Below, one piece after another: positions 1-7,602 of a DNA stretch of 24,000 bases (position 1 is the stretch's first letter; each line of letters begins with the position of its first letter). The notes beneath the pieces are model-generated. The model did not search any database and was not told the DNA's origin. It worked only from the letters and a program-made list of their open reading frames with translations. Location: NCBI GenBank assembly GCA_964628215.1, contig CAZVNF010000001.1, positions 48,485 through 72,484 on the forward strand, written 5' to 3'. Origin of the DNA: an uncultured Draconibacterium sp. (lineage in GTDB: Bacteria; Bacteroidota; Bacteroidia; Bacteroidales; FEN-979). A program made the translations under genes and the position numbers.

Positions 1-299
1 TTGAGATGTGTGTCTTTGAAATAGACATACGCAGGAATTGTGGTAAGCAGGGTGGACAGTTCTTCGGCGCGGATTTTCAGGTTGTCGGAAACTTTTTTCA
101 GATCGGCTGAAGTTCTGATCAGCAAAGACGAAAAGATGCTCTTTTCCTTGCTTGACCGTTCATATTTAAACTGCAGTTTTTCATATTCCGAATGAGTTTT
201 TCTTAACTCATTCAGGATAAATTCCTTTTTTTCGGAAAACTCGTCCGGATTCTGAATCCCGGTTATCTCTTCAATAAGTGAAAGAATTTTATGTGACAT
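1..299 (-). CDS. Partial CDS (N-terminal 99 aa, continues past the window start): coiled-coil segment followed by the beginning of a PAS-like sensor domain; probable signal-transduction protein
   Basis: My own minus-strand translation from ATG 299-297 is MSHKILSLIEEITGIQNPDEFSEKKEFILNELRKTHSEYEKLQFKYERSSKEKSIFSSLLIRTSADLKKVSDNLKIRAEELSTLLTTIPAYVYFKDTHL. The frame stays open to position 1. It is absent from the ORF track because the window edge truncates it. Its start overlaps the FIST gene stop (289-291) by 11 nt. The segment LLTTIPAYVYFKD resembles the start of PAS domains. Confidence 0.45.
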   Translation of the reverse strand, partial: MSHKILSLIEEITGIQNPDEFSEKKEFILNELRKTHSEYEKLQFKYERSSKEKSIFSSLLIRTSADLKKVSDNLKIRAEELSTLLTTIPAYVYFKDTHL

Positions 300-1431
300 C
301 GGGTTTTTGTTTTAAGGAAACCATCGTAAATGTTTCATTAAAAAAATCGCATGCAGCGTGGTAATTATTTCCGATCTCACCATAGGTAAAGAAGCCGATC
401 AGGGGCCTTGTCCAGTTTTGCCATGCTTCATCGATCTCTTCCGAAATGCTGGGCCCAAGTGCATTATGACGCGCCATGCAGGAAAAGAGGATCAATACAT
501 CGGTTTCCCTGTTTTTTTCATGAAATTCCATTACTTTGTTCCGGGTATATTCGATGATCTCAAATCCGGGTGAACTGGAAAAGGTGACAATGGCGCCATT
601 GGGAACTGTACCGGCAAACATCAGCGATTTTTTCACAGGATCGACATTGACAACCGCCCGCAAAACATCCTGGGCGCCGGCCCTTTTAATCAGCAACGGG
701 TATTCAACCCCTATTTCAGGGAGGTCGGCATCACTCACACTGAGGTAATTCTTGTATACATCGAGGGCCGGCTCACCGTCTATGGTATATACTACATTCC
801 CCTCTGCATGGGTGATCACTTTGTCGGCACCAATGCTGACCCAGCCACTGGTAGCAATCCCCTGAATATCGTAAATTTTTGTATTAAAAGCCATGGCGAT
901 GGCCCCGTTATTCTCAAGGTTGTTTTCGGAAAAAACAAAGGTCTCCTGAAACCGCGCATCATCCCCTGCGAGCCCTCCGAACATGGTAATTTCGTTTCCG
1001 GCAACCTTCTGAATCCCCCTTACCAGTTGCTCTCCGTCGGTGTCAAGACCGCTGGCCAGGATAAGTATTGCCGGTTTTTCAAAAACATCTCCGGCCCATT
1101 TCCCGATATGATTCCCCAGTTCAAATGAAGTTTGCCCCGAACCTGGGAATAATTTAATGGCAAAGCTGCCAGGCTTCATATCCATCATCAAACACACCAG
1201 TCCACCCTCCGTAATAACATGATCCTGCTGATTATATAAAAATTCGCCGCACGAACTGCAGCCAAACACACTGACCTGCTGCTGCCCGAGAAAGCCGACA
1301 ATTTCCTTCAGATCAAGTTCAACAGAAGAAAAAATGATCGCCGTATTGGGATGAAAACCATCCTGGACATGGTCGGCCCACAATTGCCGGAAACCATGAA
1401 TTGTATCGGTATGAAATGTTTTCTGAAGCAT
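289..1431 (-). CDS. FIST-domain (FIST_N + FIST_C) signal-transduction sensor protein
   Basis: The ORF is 289..1473. I prefer the ATG at 1431 (MLQKTFHTD...) because a TATATTTG -7 box lies at 1470..1463, inside the longer ORF. FSSVELDLKEIVGFLGQQQVSVFGCSSCGEF looks like FIST_N, and LIGFFTYGEIG near the C-terminus looks like FIST_C. Confidence 0.75.
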   Translation of the reverse strand: MLQKTFHTDTIHGFRQLWADHVQDGFHPNTAIIFSSVELDLKEIVGFLGQQQVSVFGCSSCGEFLYNQQDHVITEGGLVCLMMDMKPGSFAIKLFPGSGQTSFELGNHIGKWAGDVFEKPAILILASGLDTDGEQLVRGIQKVAGNEITMFGGLAGDDARFQETFVFSENNLENNGAIAMAFNTKIYDIQGIATSGWVSIGADKVITHAEGNVVYTIDGEPALDVYKNYLSVSDADLPEIGVEYPLLIKRAGAQDVLRAVVNVDPVKKSLMFAGTVPNGAIVTFSSSPGFEIIEYTRNKVMEFHEKNRETDVLILFSCMARHNALGPSISEEIDEAWQNWTRPLIGFFTYGEIGNNYHAACDFFNETFTMVSLKQKPDVT

Positions 1432-1462
1432 AAAGAAGGTTTTAAGTTTGAAGAACTCAGAA

Positions 1463-1470
1463 CAAATATA
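1463..1470 (-). promoter_or_regulatory. Candidate Bacteroidota -7 promoter box (TATATTTG on the minus strand) for the FIST/PAS genes
   Basis: Plus-strand caaatata is TATATTTG on the minus strand, an exact match to TAnnTTTG. It lies 32 nt upstream of ATG 1431 in a divergent intergenic region. Confidence 0.35.
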
Positions 1471-1530
1471 CAAATTTCGACAAATTGGTCAATTGTTTTA
1501 TATGCTTTAAATTCGAATGAAGAATAACGC

Positions 1531-1538
1531 TATTTTTG
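1531..1538 (+). promoter_or_regulatory. Candidate Bacteroidota -7 promoter box (TATTTTTG) for the T9SS cargo gene
   Basis: TATTTTTG matches TAnnTTTG and lies 19 nt upstream of ATG 1557. Confidence 0.35.
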
Positions 1539-1556
1539 TGTTTTAACCCCGGCCTT

Positions 1557-3944
1557 ATGAAAAACATGTTTTACCTCTCTGTAATATTGCTGTTTACCCT
1601 GAAGACAGCTTCAGCCCAGGATGCCCCCCGGCTGGTTCCGGCCATTGACCATGCAGTGTATTTTGACATTTCACCCCCTCTCCGGGATTTGCCGAAAACA
1701 GCATTGCTGCCTGCCGACGGAAGTTGGAAAGACGGCGTGGTGAACAACTATGTTGATCCGATGAACGACGCCGGGACCAACCTTCGTGAAGGCCTCACCC
1801 GGTATCCGGGTATGCAGGACAAATTCGGCAGTTTGCTTACCGATACCACCATCCAGAATTTTGACGGGATGGGAAACCTCGGGGGCTATGTTCCTCCCGA
1901 TACCCACGGCGATGTGGGCTTCAGCCACTATTTCCAGGTGATCAACTGCTCCTATTCCATTTACAATAAAAGCGGGGCAAGAATTTTTGGTCCTGCAGGC
2001 AACAGCACGGTATGGTCGGGAATGCCGCACAATTCAAATGACGGGGATGCCATCGTTCTGTTTGATGAACTGGCCAACCGCTGGCTTTTTTCCCAGTTTT
2101 CCCTTCCCAACGGATCATCCACGGCACCATTCTACCAGATGATCGCGGTGTCGCAAACTCCCGACCCAACGGGCAGCTGGTACCGGTGGGTATATGAATT
2201 CAGCTCAATGCCCGATTACCCCAAATTCGGCATCTGGCCCGATGCCTATTACATGTCCACCAACAACTTTGGTCCGGGTGCCGCAGGCTGGGTAGGCAAC
2301 GGAGCCTATTCCTACGACCGGAATGCCATGCTGGCAGGGAATCCTGATGCCGCGAGGATTTCGTTCAACCTTTCACCGGGAAGTGACGGGTTTATCTCCC
2401 TCCTGCCGGCTGATTGCGACGGCACCTTCCCTGCCCTGGGAACCCCAAACTATTTCACCTACATCCGCACCAACGGGACCCAGCGCCTGGGAATCTATGA
2501 GTTTCATTCAGACTGGAATACCCCGGCCAATTCAACATTTGGAAACCTTACCTACCTGAATGTCACTCCGTTCGGCACCCTGGGATGGGGAGCAGGAATT
2601 TCACAGCTCGGGTCACCCCAAAAACTCGAAACACTCGGCGACCGCCTGATGTACCGGCTGCAATACCGGAAATTCAGCGGCTATTCATCCATGGTGCTGA
2701 ATCACACGGTAGATGCCGGATCGGGAAAGGGAGGGGTCCGCTGGTATGAGTTAAGGAAAACCGGCTCTGCCTGGAGCATATACCAGCAGGCAACCTATGC
2801 GCCCGACAGCCACTCACGATGGATGGGCAGTATTGCACAGGATACGGCCGGCACGATCTCCATGGGTTATTCCGTATCAAGCTCAACCATGTACCCTGGC
2901 ATCCGCTATACCGGGAGGCTGAAAAACGACCCGATCAACCAGATGACCATCATGGAAAAAACCATTGTAAACGGAGGTGGTTCTCAAACCGGCAACTGGA
3001 ACGGCCGGAGCCGCTGGGGCGACTACAGCGCACTGAGCATCGATCCGGCTGCCCCCACAACATTCTGGTTTACCACAGAATATTATACCACCACCTCTTC
3101 CAGCGGATGGCAAACACGGATTGCTTCTTATACCTATGACAATGTGTTCTCTTCCGCCGCCTCGGTAACCCCGGCTATCATCTGCAATTCCGCCACTTCC
3201 GACTCAGCACTGCTGCGTGCCTATGGATATGGCGGAAGCGGAAATTATACATTTTCCTGGACCTCCATTCCCCCGGGATTTACCTCTACCCTGCAAAATC
3301 CAAAGGTCAAGCCACCTCAAACAACCCGGTATGCCGTAGCTACCAGCGATGGTACCGCAACCAGGCACGACACTACCGAAATGCGTATTATTGACACCCC
3401 TACCGCCTTCGCAGGAAATGATACCACGGTTTGCTGGTATATCTCACCGATTCCGGTCAATGGCTCGGCTACAAGTTATCTCAGGTTTTTATGGGGAAGT
3501 ACCGGAGACGGAACATTTACCAATCCCGATTCACTCATAACTGCTTACATTCCAGGCATAAAGGATAAAACATCCGGCGGTACGGATTTAAAACTCATCG
3601 TTTGGCCGCTGGCTCCCTGCCTGGACAAGGCCACAAGCATGATGCACATTACACTTGATCCGTGTACCGGGATCCCTGAAAATCCTGTTGCCGGCGTAAC
3701 CCTGTCAATTCAGCCAAACCCCGTGCACGACAAGGTATCTTTCACCGTAACCGGGCTGAAGAACCAGGCGGTTGTGACTATATCAGGGGCGGAAGGCAGA
3801 ATGATGTATTCCGGAACAGTTGATCCTTCCGGGAAACCAAGCATCACAACGGAACTGAATGCAGTTTCCTGGCCAAAAGGCCTCTATTTGCTCAAACTGC
3901 AGTCGGACGACAAAGTAACAGTTGCCCGCTTTATTGTGCAATAA
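1557..3944 (+). CDS. Secreted multidomain protein: signal peptide, sialidase/BNR-like beta-propeller-like region, Cys-containing middle repeats, T9SS type-A C-terminal sorting domain. Function unknown.
   Basis: The ORF track starts at a TTG (1536). ATG 1557 gives MKNMFYLSVILLFTLKTASAQ, a signal peptide. GGVRWYELRK and SRWGDYSALSIDP...FWFTTEYY are propeller-like motifs. The C-terminus LSIQPNPVHDKVSFTV...GLYLLKLQSDDKVTVARFIVQ is a typical Por_Secre_tail domain. Confidence 0.7.
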   Translation: MKNMFYLSVILLFTLKTASAQDAPRLVPAIDHAVYFDISPPLRDLPKTALLPADGSWKDGVVNNYVDPMNDAGTNLREGLTRYPGMQDKFGSLLTDTTIQNFDGMGNLGGYVPPDTHGDVGFSHYFQVINCSYSIYNKSGARIFGPAGNSTVWSGMPHNSNDGDAIVLFDELANRWLFSQFSLPNGSSTAPFYQMIAVSQTPDPTGSWYRWVYEFSSMPDYPKFGIWPDAYYMSTNNFGPGAAGWVGNGAYSYDRNAMLAGNPDAARISFNLSPGSDGFISLLPADCDGTFPALGTPNYFTYIRTNGTQRLGIYEFHSDWNTPANSTFGNLTYLNVTPFGTLGWGAGISQLGSPQKLETLGDRLMYRLQYRKFSGYSSMVLNHTVDAGSGKGGVRWYELRKTGSAWSIYQQATYAPDSHSRWMGSIAQDTAGTISMGYSVSSSTMYPGIRYTGRLKNDPINQMTIMEKTIVNGGGSQTGNWNGRSRWGDYSALSIDPAAPTTFWFTTEYYTTTSSSGWQTRIASYTYDNVFSSAASVTPAIICNSATSDSALLRAYGYGGSGNYTFSWTSIPPGFTSTLQNPKVKPPQTTRYAVATSDGTATRHDTTEMRIIDTPTAFAGNDTTVCWYISPIPVNGSATSYLRFLWGSTGDGTFTNPDSLITAYIPGIKDKTSGGTDLKLIVWPLAPCLDKATSMMHITLDPCTGIPENPVAGVTLSIQPNPVHDKVSFTVTGLKNQAVVTISGAEGRMMYSGTVDPSGKPSITTELNAVSWPKGLYLLKLQSDDKVTVARFIVQ

Positions 3945-3947
3945 GCC

Positions 3948-3988
3948 GTTCTCTGTGGTTCTCTGTGCCTCCTCTGTGTACCTCTGTG
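3948..3988. repeat. Four tandem 10-11 nt repeats sharing a CTCTGTG core
   Basis: The units are gttctctgtg (3948-3957), gttctctgtg (3958-3967), cctcctctgtg (3968-3978) and tacctctgtg (3979-3988). They start 4 nt after the stop of the T9SS gene and lie about 105 nt upstream of the crotonase ATG. Confidence 0.8.
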
Positions 3989-4093
3989 TAATTTTATTTC
4001 CATGGTAAAAATGTTTTTTAACTGAATATTAATTATTCAAATTTTTTCCTACATTTATATCGCGAAAAAACACTGACTGTTAATACAATAACA

Positions 4094-4864
4094 ATGGATT
4101 ATCAAATACTGAAAATTTCGATCGCTGACCGCATCGCCCTCGTTACCATCAGCAGGCCGGCAGCACTGAATGCGCTGAATACAAACTTTTTCAAAGAGTT
4201 CAACCATTTCCTCGATGACCTCGGGCCGCGCGATGATGTAAAAGCCCTGGTAATCACAGGAGAAGGAAAATCCTTTGTGGCAGGCGCCGATATTGCTGAA
4301 ATGGTCCACATGAACGAAGAGGAAGGCTATGCGTTTTCCACCTTTGGCCAGCAAACCTTCGACCGGCTCGAACAGCTCTCCATTCCGGTAATTGCAGCAG
4401 TTAACGGGTATGCCCTCGGGGGTGGCTGTGAACTGGCGATGGCGTGTGATTTCAGAATCGCAAGCAAATTTGCCAAATTCGGACAACCCGAGATGAACCT
4501 GGGCATGATTCCGGGGTATGCGGCAACCCAGCGTTTATCCAGGCTTACCGGACTTGGCAATGCATTGTACCTGATCCTCACTGCTGATACCATAACCGCC
4601 GACGATGCCCTCCGCATCGGCCTGGTTCAAAAAGTCACGGAACCCGAAATGCTGATGGAAGAAGCGATGAAACTGGCTGCGAAAATGGCCTCCAACGGCT
4701 CGCAGGCGGTTGCCACTTCAAAAAGAGTGATCCGTGCGGGAATTGCCATGGATTTTGCAGAGGCTTCGAAACTCGAAGCCGTCGAATTCGGCAGGCAATT
4801 TAACAGCAAAGCCACCAAAGAAGGGATGACCGCATTTCTCGAAAAACGCAAACCATCCTGGTAA
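4094..4864 (+). CDS. Enoyl-CoA hydratase / crotonase-family (short-chain, 3-hydroxybutyryl-CoA dehydratase-like)
   Basis: 256 aa. The N-terminus ALVTISRPAALNALN...ALVITGEGKSFVAGADIAEM and the core AAVNGYALGGGCELAMACDFRIA form the canonical crotonase-fold oxyanion-hole pattern. Confidence 0.9.
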   Translation: MDYQILKISIADRIALVTISRPAALNALNTNFFKEFNHFLDDLGPRDDVKALVITGEGKSFVAGADIAEMVHMNEEEGYAFSTFGQQTFDRLEQLSIPVIAAVNGYALGGGCELAMACDFRIASKFAKFGQPEMNLGMIPGYAATQRLSRLTGLGNALYLILTADTITADDALRIGLVQKVTEPEMLMEEAMKLAAKMASNGSQAVATSKRVIRAGIAMDFAEASKLEAVEFGRQFNSKATKEGMTAFLEKRKPSW

Positions 4865-4937
4865 CTTTAGCACTTTAGCAATGCATTTTGCGATTTGAAC
4901 TTTTTTAGGTAGAAAATAAACCCAAATTATCAACAAT

Positions 4938-6272
4938 ATGTCCTACGAAGAACGATTACAGCACGTTTCCGTGCTGGGCGCTGCAGGAAAAATGGGGAGC
5001 GGCATCCTGCTGCTTACCGCTGTGGAGATGGCTGACATCAGCCTGAAGCCCGAGAATAAAGGCAAACCTTTCGTCCTGAATGCCATCGATGTTTCTGACG
5101 AGGCCCTGTCCGGGGTTATGAAATATCTGAAGGCCCAGGTGTTGAAAATGGCAGAGAAAAAAGTGGTGGCCTTGCGAAAAGTATATGCAGATCATGCGAA
5201 CCTGATCGACAACGATGAGATCATCGATCAGTATATCTTTGATGTAATCAGCCTGGTCAGAACCACCACACGGATTGAGTCGGCCTATGATTCGCACATG
5301 GTATTCGAAGCCATCAAGGAAGATCCTGCGCTGAAAATCAAACTCTTTTCACAAATTTCCACTAACAACCCGCATCAACCCTGGTTTTTCACCAATACCT
5401 CCTCCATTCCCATCACCAAGCTGGATGAGGGCGCAGGGCTGAATGGCCGCATCATCGGGTTCCATTTCTATAACCCTCCTGCCGTACAGAAGCTGGTTGA
5501 GATCATCAATGCAGCAAAAACCCTTCCCGAGGTGGAAGCTTTTGCCCGGCAATATGCAAAAAACCTGCGAAAGGTGGTTGTTCCTTCACATGATAAGGCG
5601 GGTTTCATCGGCAACGGACATTTCATGCGCGATATTCTGCATGCAAACAACGAAGTGGATAAACTGAGTAAGGAATTTTCGTTTACTGAGGCTGTTTATG
5701 CCCTCAATAAAATCAGCCAGGATTACCTGGTTCGCCCAATGGGGATATTCCAGCTTATCGATTATGTTGGCGTGGATGTGTGCAGTTTCATCATGTCGGT
5801 AATGAATCCTTACCTGCCGGATGAGAACCTTCACAGCCCGCTGCTGGACCAGCTTCTGTCGCATGGCATCAAAGGAGGGCAATATTCCGACGGGTCGCAG
5901 AAGGATGGTATTCTGAAATATGAAAAAGGACGGCCTGTGGCCATTTATGATCCTGCCTTAAAAGCCTACCGGGCCATCAGCGAAGTTCAGTCAGGCGTTG
6001 ATGAAAAACTTGGTTCAATGCCTGTGCCGCCGGCCTGGAAATCAGTGGTGGGCAGCAAGTCGAAAGAAACGATGCTTCAAGGCTACTTCGACCAGTTAAA
6101 ACTTGCGTCAGGATTGGGCGCTGAGTTATCAAAAACCTATGCAACACGCTCCTGTGCAATTGGCCTTCAACTGGTCAGTTCCGGGGTAGCCATGAACGAA
6201 AATGACGTTAACACGGTCATGCTCACCGGGTTCTTTCACGCATATGGTCCCATTAACAATTATTTAGCATAG
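4938..6272 (+). CDS. 3-hydroxyacyl-CoA dehydrogenase family protein, long form (444 aa) with extended C-terminal region
   Basis: VSVLGAAGKMGSGI is a Rossmann GxGxxG-type motif. MVFEAIKEDPALKIKLF and IGFHFYNPPAVQKLVEII match the 3HCDH N-domain signature. Confidence 0.85.
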   Translation: MSYEERLQHVSVLGAAGKMGSGILLLTAVEMADISLKPENKGKPFVLNAIDVSDEALSGVMKYLKAQVLKMAEKKVVALRKVYADHANLIDNDEIIDQYIFDVISLVRTTTRIESAYDSHMVFEAIKEDPALKIKLFSQISTNNPHQPWFFTNTSSIPITKLDEGAGLNGRIIGFHFYNPPAVQKLVEIINAAKTLPEVEAFARQYAKNLRKVVVPSHDKAGFIGNGHFMRDILHANNEVDKLSKEFSFTEAVYALNKISQDYLVRPMGIFQLIDYVGVDVCSFIMSVMNPYLPDENLHSPLLDQLLSHGIKGGQYSDGSQKDGILKYEKGRPVAIYDPALKAYRAISEVQSGVDEKLGSMPVPPAWKSVVGSKSKETMLQGYFDQLKLASGLGAELSKTYATRSCAIGLQLVSSGVAMNENDVNTVMLTGFFHAYGPINNYLA

Positions 6273-6286
6273 ACCCTGCCCTGGCT

Positions 6287-6306
6287 CCCGCCCCTTCAGG
6301 GGAGGG
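6287..6306 (+). other. Short GC-rich hairpin in the 53-nt spacer between the dehydrogenase and thiolase genes, followed by a G-rich tract
   Basis: The sequence ccc g cccc ttca gggg a ggg gives 7 bp with one g/a mismatch and a 4-nt loop. The downstream tract gtaaggggtgaggtgaaaaaATG is purine-rich and SD-like. Confidence 0.4.
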
Positions 6307-6325
6307 TAAGGGGTGAGGTGAAAAA

Positions 6326-7567
6326 ATGACGACTATGAGAAGAAAAGTATATATGATTGCCGGGTACAACACCATTTCAATGGGTACCGGCCGGAAGGAG
6401 TTCAACCCGAAAAAAGAACGTCCGGGATTAGAAGAATATATCAAAGAAGCCGGGCAGGGAACCCTGGCCCAAATCGGCGGGGCAACGAACGTGGACGAAT
6501 GCGTGATCGGCAATTTTATGGCATCCCGGTTTAACCGCCAGGCAAACCTTGCCGCCTTTTTCCCGTTTGTGGATGAGGGGTTGCGCTACAAACCCGCCAT
6601 CAGGGTTGAAGGAGCCTGTGCCACCGGCGGACTGGCCCTGATGAGCGGTATCAAAAGCATCCTGGCCGAAACAGCTGAAGTAGTTTTAGTGATTGGTGTG
6701 GAAGTGCAAAACACGGTGAAAGCAATTTATTGCGCCGACTTTCTTGCCGGTGCAGGCTGGTTCAAGAACCGTAAAAACGGTCATGCCTATTTTTTCCCCG
6801 GACAGTTCAGCGACCGTGCCGGTTCCTATTTTGAAAAATATGGCAGGGAAAAGACCCGCCAGGCAATGGCACGCTGGTTCAGGAATGCCATCGACAATGC
6901 ACGGCTCTGCCCCACTGCGCAGGAACATCAGAATACTGTAAAGGATCTTGAAGCCCTGGGCATGATGGAGCCGAACGGCAAATCATTTGTTGACCATCTG
7001 AATATCTTCGATTGTTCCAAGGTCTCCGATGGCGCTTCTGCCATTGCGATAGTTTCCGAAGAGGGACTGAAGCGTTGCGGCATCCCTGCCAGCGAAGCCA
7101 TAGAAGTACTCGGCTGGGGCCAGCTGGAAGAGGATATTACCATGCCTCCGATGGATCCGACCGAATTGACTACCACCAAGCAAGCCGTAAAACAAGCCCT
7201 TGCTTCTGCCGGGATCACCCGCGACCAGATTGGTACTGCAGAGATACACGACTGCTTCTCCATTGCCGGACTGATGTGCATGGAAGCCATCGGTTTTGCT
7301 GAAAAAGGCAAAGGCGCTGATTTCATCCTCGAAGGAAATACCGCCCGAAACGGAAGGGTACCTATCAATACCACAGGCGGCCTGATCGGCTGGGGCCATC
7401 CCACAGGAGGCACCGGCGTTCACCAGGCTGTAACCATCCTTGAACAACTCACCGGAAAAGCAGGCGACGCCCAGGTAACCATCCCTGCCGACCGGCCTTA
7501 CGGACTTACCGTGAATATGGGAGGGGACGATAAATCGCTGGTATCTATCGTTTATAAAAAAGGATAA
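6326..7567 (+). CDS. Thiolase-fold enzyme, SCP-x / archaeal-type 3-ketoacyl-CoA thiolase (acetyl-CoA acyltransferase)
   Basis: 413 aa. RVEGACATGGLAL carries the nucleophilic Cys. EIHDCFSIAGLM is the HDCF motif typical of SCP-x-type thiolases, and TTGGLIGWGHPTGGTGV is the C-terminal GHP motif. Confidence 0.85.
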   Translation: MTTMRRKVYMIAGYNTISMGTGRKEFNPKKERPGLEEYIKEAGQGTLAQIGGATNVDECVIGNFMASRFNRQANLAAFFPFVDEGLRYKPAIRVEGACATGGLALMSGIKSILAETAEVVLVIGVEVQNTVKAIYCADFLAGAGWFKNRKNGHAYFFPGQFSDRAGSYFEKYGREKTRQAMARWFRNAIDNARLCPTAQEHQNTVKDLEALGMMEPNGKSFVDHLNIFDCSKVSDGASAIAIVSEEGLKRCGIPASEAIEVLGWGQLEEDITMPPMDPTELTTTKQAVKQALASAGITRDQIGTAEIHDCFSIAGLMCMEAIGFAEKGKGADFILEGNTARNGRVPINTTGGLIGWGHPTGGTGVHQAVTILEQLTGKAGDAQVTIPADRPYGLTVNMGGDDKSLVSIVYKKG

Positions 7568-7602
7568 TACATTCTATTTGCACATTGCATGTCAAATTGC
7601 AA

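Noticed and set aside
1432-1473. Upstream extensions produced by alternative or earlier start codons in the ORF track (1473 for FIST, 1536 TTG, 7585 TTG, 12727 GTG, 14897 TTG, 22056 TTG)
   Set aside because: In each case an ATG just downstream gives a sensible N-terminus (a signal peptide or a conserved start). In three cases (the 1473, 1536 and 14897 starts) a TAnnTTTG promoter box overlaps or falls inside the extension.
3948-3988. Possible CRISPR array
   Set aside because: The repeats are only 10-11 nt and directly abutting, with no spacers and no cas genes. It is a simple tandem repeat.
4055-4486. 143-aa minus-strand ORF plus other small ORFs antisense to the crotonase and dehydrogenase genes
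   Set aside because: They overlap strongly supported plus-strand genes and show no recognisable domains.
4865-4880. Tandem duplication ctttagca x2 between the crotonase and dehydrogenase genes
   Set aside because: With only two 8-nt copies and no symmetry or positional logic that I can support, it is too short to interpret.
6299-6320. Possible G-quadruplex (gggg a ggg taa gggg tga gg)
   Set aside because: Only three runs of three or more G are present and the fourth is GG. At best this is a weak two-tetrad structure, and it overlaps a simpler hairpin/SD-like explanation.
6928-7447. Two overlapping minus-strand ORFs (161 and 154 aa)
   Set aside because: Both are antisense to the thiolase gene, which has clear catalytic motifs. 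They have no motifs and a biased composition, so they are shadow ORFs.
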